A DNA stretch of 49,865 nt from Paracoccaceae bacterium (GTDB taxonomy: Bacteria > Pseudomonadota > Alphaproteobacteria > Rhodobacterales > Rhodobacteraceae), in assembly GCA_038134005.1 (NCBI GenBank), contig JAYPUL010000019.1, positions 1-49,865 of the forward strand, read 5' to 3'. A model generated the notes under the pieces. It was given only the letters and a program-made list of their open reading frames with translations. It was not told the DNA's origin and searched no databases. Shown in pieces: positions 1 through 10,051 of the stretch (within the stretch, counting starts at the first letter, position 1; each line of letters starts with the position of its first letter). The position numbers and the translations under genes are program-made.

Positions 1-5
1 TAACC

Positions 6-764
6 GTGGCTAGCGAAGCGCATACAGCAACAGAATCCAGCTTGGTGTTTCACCCAATGGACCAATTCATCGTCAAACCATTGTTTGGCCATGGTCCGGT
101 TGAATGGTATACGGTTACCAACGTAACACTTTGGATGGCGCTTGCTGTCGTTGCGATTATCGCATTGATGGTATTTGGCACATCTCGTCGCGCGGTCATC
201 CCAACACGCAGCCAATCGATTGGCGAATTGGCGTATGGCTTTGTTTACAAAATGGTCGAAGACGTAACAGGCAAAGATGCTGTTGTGTTTTTCCCATATA
301 TCATGACGCTGTTCATGTTTATCGTAACTGCGAACTTCTTGGGTTTGTTGCCAATGTCGTTCACAACGACATCGCATTTTGCGGTAACCGCGGTTTTGGC
401 GCTGGCTGTTTTCTTGACGGTCACCATCGTTGGTTTCATCAAAAATGGCGCGCATTTCTTGGGGCTGTTCTGGGTATCGTCCGCACCTTTGGCGCTGCGC
501 CCTGTTTTGGCCATCATCGAATTGATCTCGTACTTTGTTCGCCCGGTGAGCCACTCTATCCGTCTTGCGGGTAACGTTATGGCGGGCCACGCGGTTATCA
601 AAGTATTCGCAGGGTTTGCCGCAATCGCCGCAATCGCACCGGTTTCCGTTGTTGCGATCACCGCGATGTACGGCTTGGAAATTCTCGTAGCCTTCATTCA
701 GGCTTACGTGTTTACCATTCTGACTTGTGTGTATCTGAAAGATGCATTGCATCCTTCACACTAA
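6..764 (+). CDS. atpB: F0F1 ATP synthase F0 subunit a
   Basis: 252-aa polytopic membrane ORF starting at GTG right after an upstream TAA. Conserved subunit-a motif '...[10 protein letters not shown]...'. Followed by c, b' and b subunit genes in the alphaproteobacterial F0 order. Confidence 0.85.
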   Translation: MASEAHTATESSLVFHPMDQFIVKPLFGHGPVEWYTVTNVTLWMALAVVAIIALMVFGTSRRAVIPTRSQSIGELAYGFVYKMVEDVTGKDAVVFFPYIMTLFMFIVTANFLGLLPMSFTTTSHFAVTAVLALAVFLTVTIVGFIKNGAHFLGLFWVSSAPLALRPVLAIIELISYFVRPVSHSIRLAGNVMAGHAVIKVFAGFAAIAAIAPVSVVAITAMYGLEILVAFIQAYVFTILTCVYLKDALHPSH

Positions 765-815
765 GGTCTGAAATCACTTATTCCTATTAACTTCCAATCG
801 TAAGGAGACATCACC

Positions 816-1040
816 ATGGAAGGTCAATTGGCACATATCGGCGCAGGTCTAGCAGCAATCGGTTCTGGCGCAGCAGCTATTGGTGTGGGTAACGTTGCAG
901 GTAACTACCTAGCAGGCGCATTGCGCAACCCATCAGCAGCAGCATCACAAACTGCAACATTGTTCATCGGCATCGCGTTCGCAGAAGCTCTAGGAATCTT
1001 CTCGTTCCTAGTTGCTCTGTTGTTGATGTTCGCAGTATAA
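816..1040 (+). CDS. atpE: F0F1 ATP synthase F0 subunit c
   Basis: 74-aa two-helix hairpin protein with Gly/Ala-rich N-terminal helix and the conserved carboxylate helix ('...[11 protein letters not shown]...'). SD AAGGAGA 8 nt upstream of ATG. Confidence 0.9.
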   Translation: MEGQLAHIGAGLAAIGSGAAAIGVGNVAGNYLAGALRNPSAAASQTATLFIGIAFAEALGIFSFLVALLLMFAV

Positions 1041-1123
1041 GAACTCTTCGGAAATAATCCTTACGGTCGAATGGGCCAATCATGTGGCCCATTCGGTTCC
1101 CTTAGGTTCCGACGGAGGACGTT

Positions 1124-1669
1124 ATGGCGACGAACACACATGAAACTGTCAGCGCGTGCGTGAACGATCACGGCTCTGCGATTGGCATGCCCCAGCTCTG
1201 TAATGAGTGGATGGGCAACCAGATTTTCTGGCTGGTGATCACCCTGATCGTGATCTTTTTCGTCCTGTCGCGCGTTGCGCTTCCCCGCATTGCTGCGGTT
1301 CTGGCTGAACGTCAGGGGACAATTACAAACGATATCGCCGCTGCAGAAGACCTAAAGGCCAAAGCAGCAGCAGCAGAAGACGCCTATAACCAAGCATTGG
1401 TTGATGCCCGTGCCGAGGCGGCCCGTATTGTCGAAGCAACAAAAGCCGAGATCAAAGCCGACCTAGACGCAGCAATGGCGAAGGCTGATGCGCAAATCGC
1501 TGAAAAAGCGAAAGCTGGCGAAAAAACCATCGCGGAGATCCGCGCAAATGCAATGGCAAGTGTCGAAGAGATTGCAAAAGCAACAGCTTCGGAAATCGTC
1601 GAGGCATTGAGCGGTAAATCAGATGCAAAATCTGTGAACTCTGCCGTAGAAGCACAGTTGAAAGGGTAA
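1124..1669 (+). CDS. atpF2: F0F1 ATP synthase F0 subunit b' (start may be the internal 'MPQL' Met at about 1187)
   Basis: One N-terminal TM helix then a long Ala/Glu/Lys-rich coiled coil. Contains the 'MPQL' motif typical of b/b' N-termini. GGAGGA SD upstream of the ATG at 1124. Sits between atpE and the b subunit gene. Confidence 0.75.
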   Translation: MATNTHETVSACVNDHGSAIGMPQLCNEWMGNQIFWLVITLIVIFFVLSRVALPRIAAVLAERQGTITNDIAAAEDLKAKAAAAEDAYNQALVDARAEAARIVEATKAEIKADLDAAMAKADAQIAEKAKAGEKTIAEIRANAMASVEEIAKATASEIVEALSGKSDAKSVNSAVEAQLKG

Positions 1670-1673
1670 TCAG

Positions 1674-2231
1674 ATGCGCGCACTTGCAACATCCGTTGCC
1701 CTATTGATGGCAAGCCCCGCATTCGCGGCATCTGGTCCATTCTTTTCACTGGGTAATACAAACTTTATCGTCACTCTTGGTTTCGGTCTTTTCATTATCG
1801 TCCTGTTCTATTTCAAAGTTCCAGGCATGATCGGCAAAATGCTAGATCAACGTGCTGAAGGCATTAAAAAAGAACTAGACGAGGCGCGCGCGCTACGTGA
1901 AGAAGCACAAAGCATTTTGGCTTCTTATGAGCGCAAGCAAAAAGAAGTCCAAGAACAAGCGGACCGCATCGTTGACGCCGCGCGTAAAGACGCCGAAGCC
2001 GCAGCTGCCCAAGCCAAAGAAGATTTGGCGAAATCAGTTGCACGTCGTCTTGCCGCTGCTGAAGATCAAATTACCTCTGCTCAGGCCGCTGCTGAGCGTG
2101 ATGTCCGTGACGCAGCCGTGTCAATCGCAATCAATGCTGCACGCGATGTCATCGCAAAACAGCTAACCGCGACTGAAGCGAATAAATTGATCGATGCCGC
2201 AATCGCGGATGTGGAAACTAAACTGCATTAA
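1674..2231 (+). CDS. atpF: F0F1 ATP synthase F0 subunit b
   Basis: 185 aa, with an N-terminal TM segment and a charged coiled-coil ('...EEAQSILASYERKQKEVQEQADRIV...'). Last gene of the F0 operon, followed by an intrinsic terminator. Confidence 0.8.
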   Translation: MRALATSVALLMASPAFAASGPFFSLGNTNFIVTLGFGLFIIVLFYFKVPGMIGKMLDQRAEGIKKELDEARALREEAQSILASYERKQKEVQEQADRIVDAARKDAEAAAAQAKEDLAKSVARRLAAAEDQITSAQAAAERDVRDAAVSIAINAARDVIAKQLTATEANKLIDAAIADVETKLH

Positions 2232-2254
2232 TCGGTACGTAATCGAATTCGAAT

Positions 2255-2284
2255 CGCCCGCCTTTTGGCGGGCTATTTTTTGTT
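2255..2284 (+). terminator. Rho-independent terminator of the F0 operon
   Basis: GC hairpin 'gcccgcc-tttt-ggcgggc' followed by a T-run 'tattttttgtt', 25 nt after the atpF stop. Confidence 0.8.
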
Positions 2285-2328
2285 ATTTGGACTTAGATGT
2301 TTTTGAAGTCGTCGATTATTTTCAAATG

Positions 2329-2362
2329 AACAAAAAACACGCGGCCATCGGACCGCGTGTGT
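2329..2362 (-). terminator. Rho-independent terminator of the soeC-like gene (minus strand)
   Basis: Perfect 8-bp inverted repeat ACACGCGG/CCGCGTGT (2337-2344 / 2353-2360) with an 8-nt loop. On the minus strand it is followed by TTTTTTG. Lies about 55 nt downstream of the stop at 2417, so the two hairpins form a convergent terminator pair. Confidence 0.7.
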
Positions 2363-2416
2363 GTTAGGTTACGACGCAATTATGTCGGCTGGAAATGATG
2401 GATCCTGATGCCTAAT

Positions 2417-3283
2417 TCAGCGCCCATAATAGAACATGGACACATGCTCGGCCTGTGCAAAGAATAACCAGCGCGACGCAAATACACCGATCACATGTGA
2501 TAGGGCAGCAACAGCGGCCAACCAATGATTAAATGGCAAAGCGAACGCCAAAATCGGTGTCCCCACCGCGGCAATCAATGTGATCATTCTTAGTTTGGTC
2601 GCGTGTTTGCGTGCGACTTTATATCCAAACTCTTGCAGTAAATAATTGGTGCCTGTATGCGGCGGCTCAAAGGCGCGGATGCGATTCCCTTTCAATCCTG
2701 TTGCGGTGGCCAAAGTGCTTCCTGATCGCTTCAATGCGCCGTCACCGTGAACCCAAACAACAACTTGAATAACCGCCAGCACAGGCAACACGATCATCGC
2801 AATTTTGGTCTGACCGGCAAACAACGCACCGCCAGATATGCAATAACCTAGGAATTGGATCGGGGTCCAAACCGTGTTCCACCGTGGAACTGATTTAAGC
2901 TGTGCATAAATCATCGCGGTGGAAAATACGGTCGCCATGCACAGTAGCGCACCAAGAGCCCCCAAAATAGGACTGCGGTTTTGGAAAAATATGACGCCAA
3001 TCGCATAGATGCCCATCACAACCAAGGCCACCACCGAAAGCCAGGCTTCGCGGCTTAACCACGAGGTCCGCCATTGGCTAAACGCTTTAATAGCGCGTTC
3101 TGGATGACCCAGATGGAACGTAGATGCCAGTAAACCACCGACGGATAAGGCATAGGCCACCGCAAAGAATACGAATGCAACTAAGCCATCGACCGCGGGT
3201 AAGCCGAAACCTAAAAAAGCCAACAATCCAAAGCCGATACCTGACAGGGACGTAAAAATAATAACGGACGGTGCTGGTTTCAT
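2417..3283 (-). CDS. soeC: NrfD/PsrC-family polytopic membrane anchor subunit of a molybdoenzyme; putative sulfite dehydrogenase SoeC
   Basis: 288-aa highly hydrophobic protein with 8-9 predicted TM helices. ATGA start/stop overlap with the upstream FeS subunit gene. Operon context A-B-C. Confidence 0.6.
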   Translation of the reverse strand: MKPAPSVIIFTSLSGIGFGLLAFLGFGLPAVDGLVAFVFFAVAYALSVGGLLASTFHLGHPERAIKAFSQWRTSWLSREAWLSVVALVVMGIYAIGVIFFQNRSPILGALGALLCMATVFSTAMIYAQLKSVPRWNTVWTPIQFLGYCISGGALFAGQTKIAMIVLPVLAVIQVVVWVHGDGALKRSGSTLATATGLKGNRIRAFEPPHTGTNYLLQEFGYKVARKHATKLRMITLIAAVGTPILAFALPFNHWLAAVAALSHVIGVFASRWLFFAQAEHVSMFYYGR

Positions 3284-4020
3284 CCCAACCTCTCAAGTGA
3301 TTTATCAAGCCACGCAAAGAATCCATCGGCGTTTTCTGCGATGGTCTCGGGCTGTGTTTGTTTTTTAGTGATCTGATCTTTTAGACGTGGGGGCAAATAC
3401 CTGTTAACCGGTTTTGTCCCCTGTTCTGGCATTAATGTGATTTCACCGCGTTCGGCAACCAATTTTGAAACGTTACTGTTCGGATCCGCAAAGTCGCCGA
3501 AGTGACGCGCGCCCGCTGGACAGGTGCGCACACACGATGGTATGCGGTCTACCTCGGGCAGGTTTTCGTTATAAATTCGGTCCACACAAAGCGTACATTT
3601 CTTCATCACATTCGCCAACGGATCCATTTCGCGCGCGCCATAAGGGCAGGCCCAGGCGCAAAGACCGCAGCCCATGCAATCGGCTTCATTTACCAACACG
3701 ATACCGTCGTCAACGCGTTTAAAGCTTGCCCCCGTTGGGCAAACGGTCACGCACGGGGCATCTTCGCAATGCAAACAGGATTTGGGAAAATGCGCAAGTT
3801 GGGCAAACCCATCCTCATGTTGGGCTTCGTAAGAGTGGACGCGATTTAGAAATGCCCCATTTGGCATTTCGCCATATGCATTTGCGTCCCCTAAAGGTTC
3901 ACCATAGTTTTCGGTATTCCAGCCTTTGCACGAAATGACACAGGCATGGCATCCCACGCATGTGTCCAAATCAATCGCAAGGCCAAGTTTTTTCTTTGTG
4001 GTCTGGGGTAAACACGTCAT
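3280..4020 (-). CDS. soeB: 4Fe-4S dicluster iron-sulfur subunit; putative SoeB
   Basis: 246 aa with several CxxCxxCxxxCP ferredoxin motifs ('CVGCHACVISC', 'CLHCEDAPCVTVCP', 'CMGCGLCAWACP', 'CTLC'). No obvious Tat/Sec signal. Overlaps soeA stop and soeC start. Confidence 0.65.
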   Translation of the reverse strand: MTCLPQTTKKKLGLAIDLDTCVGCHACVISCKGWNTENYGEPLGDANAYGEMPNGAFLNRVHSYEAQHEDGFAQLAHFPKSCLHCEDAPCVTVCPTGASFKRVDDGIVLVNEADCMGCGLCAWACPYGAREMDPLANVMKKCTLCVDRIYNENLPEVDRIPSCVRTCPAGARHFGDFADPNSNVSKLVAERGEITLMPEQGTKPVNRYLPPRLKDQITKKQTQPETIAENADGFFAWLDKSLERLG

Positions 4021-6839
4021 GATGCTTTTCCCTTTGCTGTCATACGTTGGCGGTTTTGCGGCGCAGCTGGAACCGGTGATTTGATCGCATCAAATACAGG
4101 CACGCTTTCCCGTTGTGCACCAGCTGGCGCGATATTCACCCTAAGATCGAACCAAGCGGCTTGCCCTGTGATTGGGTCTGAATTTGACCGATCGGGGTTG
4201 TCATGCCGGTGTTCACTAATCAGGTGGTTCAACAAAAACCCTTTGGTGGCTTCAGGCGCATTTTCATCTAATGCCCATGCGCCCTTGCGTTTGCCTATCG
4301 CGTTCCATGTCCACACTGTATTTTCATTCAACGCGGCCATTTCGGCAACAGGCACGGTGATTTCGCCGTTTTGCGACGTGACACGTGCCCAATCGCCATC
4401 TCGGAACCCAAATTTCTTCATCAATTTGCTTGGCAAATACAATGGGTTCACACCATGGATCTGGCGAAGCCACGCGTTTTGTGTGCCCCAGCTGTGATAC
4501 ATCGCCATCGGTCGTTGCGTGAGGGCGTGAATAGGGAAATCATCTGGCGCCGATGTGCTATCGTACCAGATGGGCAGGGGGTTCATTGTTGAAATGATCT
4601 GATCACGCAGGTGATCTGGTGGTTGCAGGTCACCATGCCCTTGTGCGGCGCGGCGGAACTTTTGCAACGGTTCAAGGTAAAGTTGGAACAAATAAGGCTG
4701 CGCGGCATCGTATAACCCCGTTTCAACGGCCCAATCTTGATAGGCCATGTTCCAAGGTTTGAAATATTGCGCGGCCTCAGGAACGTGTTTGATCCAAAAT
4801 CCACCGTTGTCGATATAGCGTTGGATCTGGTCTTTGGGGGCGCTGCCTCGGCCGGTATCGTTTTCGCCCCGCCAACCCGCCAGAGGGCCAATGCCGGGCT
4901 TGCGTTCATGACGCGTGATGTAATCGGCATAATCAGCGTATTTTTGTGATCCATCTTCGTTCACAAAGTTTGGCAGATTTAAACGTGCCCCTAGGTCGAT
5001 GAGCACAGATTGAAATCCACGCACATCCCGATCGGGTTCAATTACAGGCCAACGAATGGCATCAGCCGCGGCGTCCGCTTCGCAAATGGGGCGATCGAGC
5101 AAGCTGATACAATCATGACGTTCTAAATAGGTTGTATCGGGCAGGATCAAATCGGCATAGGCGACCATTTCAGACGAATACGCATCAGAATAAATGATGC
5201 GAGGAATGACATATTCGCCATTGTCGTCCTGATCTGTCAGCATTTTGATGGTTTCGGCCGTGTTCATTGAACTGTTCCACGCCATATTCGCCATATACAG
5301 GAACAGCGTGTCGATCTTATAGGGATCACCAGCGTGGGCATTGGCAATAACCATATGCATCATGCCATGCGCTGACATTGGGTTTTCCCATGTAAACGCT
5401 TTGTCGATACGCGCGGCTGATCCGTCTGGGCGAATACACAAATCTTCGGGTCCGTGGACGAATCCCAAATGTGGACCATCCAAAGGTTTGCCAGGTGTTA
5501 CGCCGCAATGTGGTTTGGGATGGATTGATGATGGCTTTGGATAGGGGGGTTTGAACCGAAACCCGCCGGGCGTTTCTACAGCGCCCAACAGAATTTGCAG
5601 TGTATGCAGCGCACGACAGGTTTGGAAACCATTCGCATGCGCAGAAATGCCGCGCATCGCATGAAAGCTAACTGGGCGGCCAACCATTTGGGCATAGGTG
5701 TGGCCACGGAAATCGGTCCATTCTTGGTCTAGGCGAATTTCTTCGTCAAACGCGATGCGTGCAATTTCGTTGGCCAATGTCGTTATCCGCTCAGCCGAGA
5801 TGCCACAACGTTCGGCAACTGCTTCGGGCGCATAGGCCGGGTCCATGAAGTGATGGATCATTGCGGTGAATGCGGTCTCGGCAGCATGATGTTTCCCGCG
5901 CAAGTCGGGAACGATGCCTTTGGTGTCAAACGCGGAGGGTTTGCCGGTGGCGCGGTCAATCACCAAAGGTTTTCCATCGCTATCGCGCATAAATAAACCG
6001 GTCTCTGGATCAATGAGGACAGGCGCATTGGTAAATCGCGCTAGATAGTCGAAATCTATCTTGCCCATCTTGATCAGGCTTTGGATCAGCGCAAGGATGA
6101 ACAATCCATCGGTGCCTGGCGTGATGCCAACCCATTCGTCGGCAACTGCGTTATAGCCAGTACGGATTGGGTTCACGCCAATGACACGACCGCCGCGGGA
6201 TTTGATTTTACCAATCCCCATTTTGATGGGATTGCTGTCATGGTCTTCTGCAACGCCGAACAGCATGAATAATTTTGTATGATCCCAATCTGGTTGGCCG
6301 AATTCCCAAAACGCGCCACCCATCGTGTAAATACCTGCGGTCGCCATGTTGACGCTACAAAATCCGCCGTGGGCTGCATAGTTTGGCGTGCCGAACATTT
6401 GTGCCCAAAGGCTTGTGAACGATTGAGATTGGTCACGACCAGTGAAAAAAGCCAATTTTTCAGGCACTGTTTCGCGCAGGGGTGCCATCCAGTCGGTGGC
6501 AGTTTGCAAGGCTTCGTCCCATGTAATTTCTACGAATTCCCCCGATCCCCGTGGACCCACCCGTTTCAACGGTGCGCGAAGGCGTGAGGGTGCGGTGACC
6601 TGCATGATCCCGGCCGATCCCTTTGCGCACAGAACGCCTTTGTTGACGGGGTGATCACGGTTGCCTTCGATATAAGCGACCTGGCCGTCTTTCATATGAA
6701 CGTTGATCCCGCAACGGCAGGCACACATGTAACATGTGGTCTGACGAATTTCGTCAGAGACCTTGGGCGACGTGTCGATTTTATGTTCGTCTTTCATCGT
6801 ATTCCCTAATTTTTGTGCCTTAGGTGCAACCTGAGGCAC
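4017..6839 (-). CDS. soeA: Molybdopterin (bis-MGD) oxidoreductase catalytic subunit, DMSO-reductase family; putative cytoplasm-facing sulfite dehydrogenase SoeA (true start may be the Met 14 codons in)
   Basis: 940 aa. N-terminal 4Fe-4S motif 'CYMCACRCG...C' without a twin-arginine signal peptide. Size and the A-B-C gene order with FeS and NrfD-like subunits match SoeABC. Adjacent to sulfite-generating xsc/tau genes. Confidence 0.6.
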   Translation of the reverse strand: MPQVAPKAQKLGNTMKDEHKIDTSPKVSDEIRQTTCYMCACRCGINVHMKDGQVAYIEGNRDHPVNKGVLCAKGSAGIMQVTAPSRLRAPLKRVGPRGSGEFVEITWDEALQTATDWMAPLRETVPEKLAFFTGRDQSQSFTSLWAQMFGTPNYAAHGGFCSVNMATAGIYTMGGAFWEFGQPDWDHTKLFMLFGVAEDHDSNPIKMGIGKIKSRGGRVIGVNPIRTGYNAVADEWVGITPGTDGLFILALIQSLIKMGKIDFDYLARFTNAPVLIDPETGLFMRDSDGKPLVIDRATGKPSAFDTKGIVPDLRGKHHAAETAFTAMIHHFMDPAYAPEAVAERCGISAERITTLANEIARIAFDEEIRLDQEWTDFRGHTYAQMVGRPVSFHAMRGISAHANGFQTCRALHTLQILLGAVETPGGFRFKPPYPKPSSIHPKPHCGVTPGKPLDGPHLGFVHGPEDLCIRPDGSAARIDKAFTWENPMSAHGMMHMVIANAHAGDPYKIDTLFLYMANMAWNSSMNTAETIKMLTDQDDNGEYVIPRIIYSDAYSSEMVAYADLILPDTTYLERHDCISLLDRPICEADAAADAIRWPVIEPDRDVRGFQSVLIDLGARLNLPNFVNEDGSQKYADYADYITRHERKPGIGPLAGWRGENDTGRGSAPKDQIQRYIDNGGFWIKHVPEAAQYFKPWNMAYQDWAVETGLYDAAQPYLFQLYLEPLQKFRRAAQGHGDLQPPDHLRDQIISTMNPLPIWYDSTSAPDDFPIHALTQRPMAMYHSWGTQNAWLRQIHGVNPLYLPSKLMKKFGFRDGDWARVTSQNGEITVPVAEMAALNENTVWTWNAIGKRKGAWALDENAPEATKGFLLNHLISEHRHDNPDRSNSDPITGQAAWFDLRVNIAPAGAQRESVPVFDAIKSPVPAAPQNRQRMTAKGKAS

Positions 6840-6859
6840 GCGTTTTTTGCAAGATAAAC

Positions 6860-7993
6860 TTAGCGGTTTTTGAGGTCTAAATAGGGTCGCATGTCGGGAC
6901 CGTTGTATAACGTGAGCGGGCGGATCAGAATATTGTTGTCATGTTGTTCGACACATTGAATGATCCAACCTGGCATGCGCCCAATTGCAAAGATAGGTAC
7001 GTAAAGATCCATTGGGATTCCGTGCAATTGATAGATAACACCGGAATAAAAATCTACGTTGACGTTGAGACCATGGCGCGCATAAGGCTTCATCGCATCC
7101 ACGACAGCTTGCAAAATTTCATACCATTCGGGTGCCCCCATTTCTTCGCCCAGTTTTTTGACACCGTCGCGCATGTGGCGCGCGCGGGGGTCTTCTGCGC
7201 GATAAACGCGGTGACCAAAACCTGTTACGGCTTCACGCGCTGCACGTTTTTCTTTCACATATTGGGCGGCGTTTTCAGGTTTTCCAATCTCGTGTACCAT
7301 TTTCATCACGTCTTCGGCCGCACCGCCATGTGCAGGGCCTGCCAGGGTTGAGAGCGCCGTGACGATTGCTCCGTGAAGATTTGCCTCTGTTCCAACCGTG
7401 ACGCGTGCCGCGAAACTTGATGCGTTTGAACCGTGTTCGGCATGTAAGATGAAATCTACATCCGCCAAACGTGCAGCGTCCTCAGACGGCTTGACCCCTT
7501 TCAGCATCCAAAGCCAGTTGGCCGCATGCGACAAAGTTGGATCAGCTGCCACCTGGGCGCGTCCGTTGCGGATATTTTCATGCGCCGCAATAATCATCGG
7601 AACCTGAGATGTTAAGCGGATCCCATTTTTAATGAAATCCTCACGGGTGGCGTTTTGTGAACTTGGTTCAAGTGCAGCAAGCGAAGACACAGCGGTCCGT
7701 AATACATCCATGGGATGGCCATCTTTTGTGGCACGGATCACGTCATAAACAGCATCCGGTAACACGCGCGCCGCTTTTAGCGCCGTATCAAATTCGGCAA
7801 GTTCGGTGGCATTTGGCAATTCGCCATTAATCAATAAATATGCGACTTCTTCGAATGTGGATTTGGTCGCAAGATCGTGAATGGAATATCCACGATAGCT
7901 TAGTTCCCCTTTGGATCCGTCGATATGGCTGACGCCAGAGCGTTCAAAATAAACGCCTTTTAAACCACGGTTGATTTTCACGTCTGATGTCAT
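6860..7993 (-). CDS. Citrate synthase family protein (short ~377-aa form; citrate or 2-methylcitrate synthase)
   Basis: Conserved citrate synthase motifs 'GFGHRVY' and 'NVDFYSGV'. Immediately upstream of and co-oriented with soeA (20-bp gap), so probably co-transcribed. Confidence 0.8.
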   Translation of the reverse strand: MTSDVKINRGLKGVYFERSGVSHIDGSKGELSYRGYSIHDLATKSTFEEVAYLLINGELPNATELAEFDTALKAARVLPDAVYDVIRATKDGHPMDVLRTAVSSLAALEPSSQNATREDFIKNGIRLTSQVPMIIAAHENIRNGRAQVAADPTLSHAANWLWMLKGVKPSEDAARLADVDFILHAEHGSNASSFAARVTVGTEANLHGAIVTALSTLAGPAHGGAAEDVMKMVHEIGKPENAAQYVKEKRAAREAVTGFGHRVYRAEDPRARHMRDGVKKLGEEMGAPEWYEILQAVVDAMKPYARHGLNVNVDFYSGVIYQLHGIPMDLYVPIFAIGRMPGWIIQCVEQHDNNILIRPLTLYNGPDMRPYLDLKNR

Positions 7994-8026
7994 TACGGAT
8001 TCCTTTCATTGTGTACGGAGGCATAC

Positions 8027-8878
8027 ATGTCGAGTTTGGAAATTTTTTTTGAGCAAGCAAGAAGATCGCCAAAGCGCGTCGTTTTGCCAGAGATTGAGGA
8101 TCCACGCGTTGCACAAGCAGCCGAACGTTTGAAGCGAGACGGGCTATGTGATCCGGTTGGATTAAGTGAACCCAGCGACGCGCAAATGTCTGCGTTGGTC
8201 GACGGGCGCGGCGTCAAAGAAGCCATTGCGCGCCGTATGTTGCAAAAACCGCTATATCGCGCAGCAGCCATGGTGAGTGCAGGCGAAGCAGATGTTATGG
8301 TGGCCGGTGCAGATAGCCCAACGCGCCGTGTCATCGAAGCGGCATCGCTTGGTATCGGTTTAACAGAAGGCGTCCGCACACCGTCATCGTTTTTTTTGAT
8401 GGTTTTGCCGGATGGTCGACAATTCGTGTTTGCAGATTGCGCTGTGAACGTGTCACCCGACGTTGACCAATTGGGGGACATAGCGCGGGCTTCAGCGGTT
8501 TCAGCCACGGCGTTATTGGGCACGGCGCGTGTTGCGTTGTTATCGTTTTCAACGGGGACGTCAGGCACAGGGGACAGCGTAGATTTGGTGCGCCAAGTCG
8601 CGGAAACAACCGGATATATCGGACCGGTCCAAGCAGACGCAGCGTTAAACGCGGCGATTGCCCAGAAAAAAGGTTTGGGCAATGGTGACGCGAATGTATT
8701 GATATTTCCTGATCTGAACTCTGGGAATATCGCATATAAATTGGTGCAAGAATTGGCCGGCGCGCAGGCAATAGGGCCTTTCCTGCAAGGGTTTTCAAAA
8801 CCTGTGTGTGATCTTAGCCGCGGGGCGAGCGTCGATGATATCGTGGCATCATGCGTGATTACCGCCGCAATGTCATAG
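8027..8878 (+). CDS. pta: Phosphate acetyltransferase, short PTA_PTB-only form
   Basis: About 283 aa from the ATG at 8027 (GGAGG SD 6 nt upstream). PTA/PTB-family sequence throughout. This short Pta is the type associated with Xsc in sulfoacetaldehyde degradation. The minus-strand ORF 7993..8895 is its antisense shadow. Confidence 0.8.
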   Translation: MSSLEIFFEQARRSPKRVVLPEIEDPRVAQAAERLKRDGLCDPVGLSEPSDAQMSALVDGRGVKEAIARRMLQKPLYRAAAMVSAGEADVMVAGADSPTRRVIEAASLGIGLTEGVRTPSSFFLMVLPDGRQFVFADCAVNVSPDVDQLGDIARASAVSATALLGTARVALLSFSTGTSGTGDSVDLVRQVAETTGYIGPVQADAALNAAIAQKKGLGNGDANVLIFPDLNSGNIAYKLVQELAGAQAIGPFLQGFSKPVCDLSRGASVDDIVASCVITAAMS

Positions 8879-8891
8879 TGTCTTTGGGGGG

Positions 8892-10049
8892 TCATTTGTG
8901 GCCCCCCGTCATTAAAGATAACGCATCAATCGCGATCATGCGTTCTTCTTCAGCGGGAATAACCCAAACAGCCACTTTTGATGTGTCTGAATGAAGTCGG
9001 GTTTTACGTAAATGATTGGCGTCTGGGTTCATCCGAACGCCTGCCCATTCTAATCCGCGCAAAATGCGTGCGCGAACACCAATTGCGTTTTCGCCGATGC
9101 CGCCCGTAAAGGCGATCGCATCTATCCCTTCCATTGCGGCGATTAGACCGCCCGCATGGCGCAACGACCAATAACAAAAATGTTCGATCGCAAATGCGCT
9201 ATCTGCGCTTGGATCTAACATCAAATTTCGCATGTCGGATTTTCCACCGGACAAACCCAACAGCCCACTTTCATGGTTTAGAATTGCTTTGGTTCGCTCT
9301 AGTCCATTTTCTTCGACCAAGCGCAAAACCGCATTTGCGTCAATCCCGCCTGAACGTGTTCCCATTGTTAAACCATCTAATGGCGAATAACCCATCGTGG
9401 TCGCAATCGATTGACCATTCACAATAGCGCACAAGCTAGCGCCGTTGCCTAAATGGAACGCCAAAAGCCGGCTGGGTAGTTTCTGACCAGAAATTTCAGG
9501 AAGGCGTTGAACCAATGATGCATATGATAAGCCGTGAAACCCATAGCGTCGAATGCCGCGGGTTTCTGCCATCCGCGGGATGGCATAACGCGTTGCAACC
9601 TCTGGATTTGTTGAGTGAAATGACGTGTCAAAGCTAACAAATTGCGCCAGATCGGGGGCAATTTCCGAAAGGCTATCTATTGCGGCCAAGTTGTGCGGAT
9701 TATGAAGCGGTGCAAGCGGTGTACAATGAACAATTTCGGCGCGTACCTCTGACGTGACGCGCATAGGTTTTGTTAATTTGTGGCCGCCATGAACAACACG
9801 ATGTGCCGCCGCTGACATCTTTTCCAACCCAAGCCCGCGATCAGCCAAATCTGATAGGATGGTTTTTAACGCAGAGCGGTGGTCAATAAACGGAATGTCC
9901 CGCGTCTGATCGCCGATTTTTAAACGAGAGGCACCGCCGATACCTTCGGCGATGCCTGTCACAATAGTATCAAGTTTGCCATCAAAAATAGCAAACTTAA
10001 TCGACGACGATCCTGCGTTTAAAACAAATATCAGACCGTCGTCTTTCAC
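8892..10049 (-). CDS. ackA: Acetate kinase
   Basis: 385-aa ASKHA-fold protein with N-terminal 'VLNAGSSSIKFAIF' and the motifs 'RRYGFHGLSY' and 'HLGNGASL'. ATGA overlap with the xsc stop implies translational coupling. Confidence 0.85.
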   Translation of the reverse strand: MKDDGLIFVLNAGSSSIKFAIFDGKLDTIVTGIAEGIGGASRLKIGDQTRDIPFIDHRSALKTILSDLADRGLGLEKMSAAAHRVVHGGHKLTKPMRVTSEVRAEIVHCTPLAPLHNPHNLAAIDSLSEIAPDLAQFVSFDTSFHSTNPEVATRYAIPRMAETRGIRRYGFHGLSYASLVQRLPEISGQKLPSRLLAFHLGNGASLCAIVNGQSIATTMGYSPLDGLTMGTRSGGIDANAVLRLVEENGLERTKAILNHESGLLGLSGGKSDMRNLMLDPSADSAFAIEHFCYWSLRHAGGLIAAMEGIDAIAFTGGIGENAIGVRARILRGLEWAGVRMNPDANHLRKTRLHSDTSKVAVWVIPAEEERMIAIDALSLMTGGHK

Positions 10050-10051
10050 GA

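Noticed and set aside
7993-8895. 300-aa minus-strand ORF spanning the citrate synthase-ackA gap
   Set aside because: It is entirely antisense to the plus-strand pta gene, whose PTA_PTB-family sequence is clearly real. Its product is Ala/Ser/Pro/Arg-rich low-complexity typical of shadow ORFs.
8886-8908. GGGGGG-N11-CCCCCC hairpin between convergent pta and ackA as a terminator
   Set aside because: The stem is only G6/C6 with the ackA stop codon in the loop, and there is no T-run on either strand. It was judged too weak to report as a feature.
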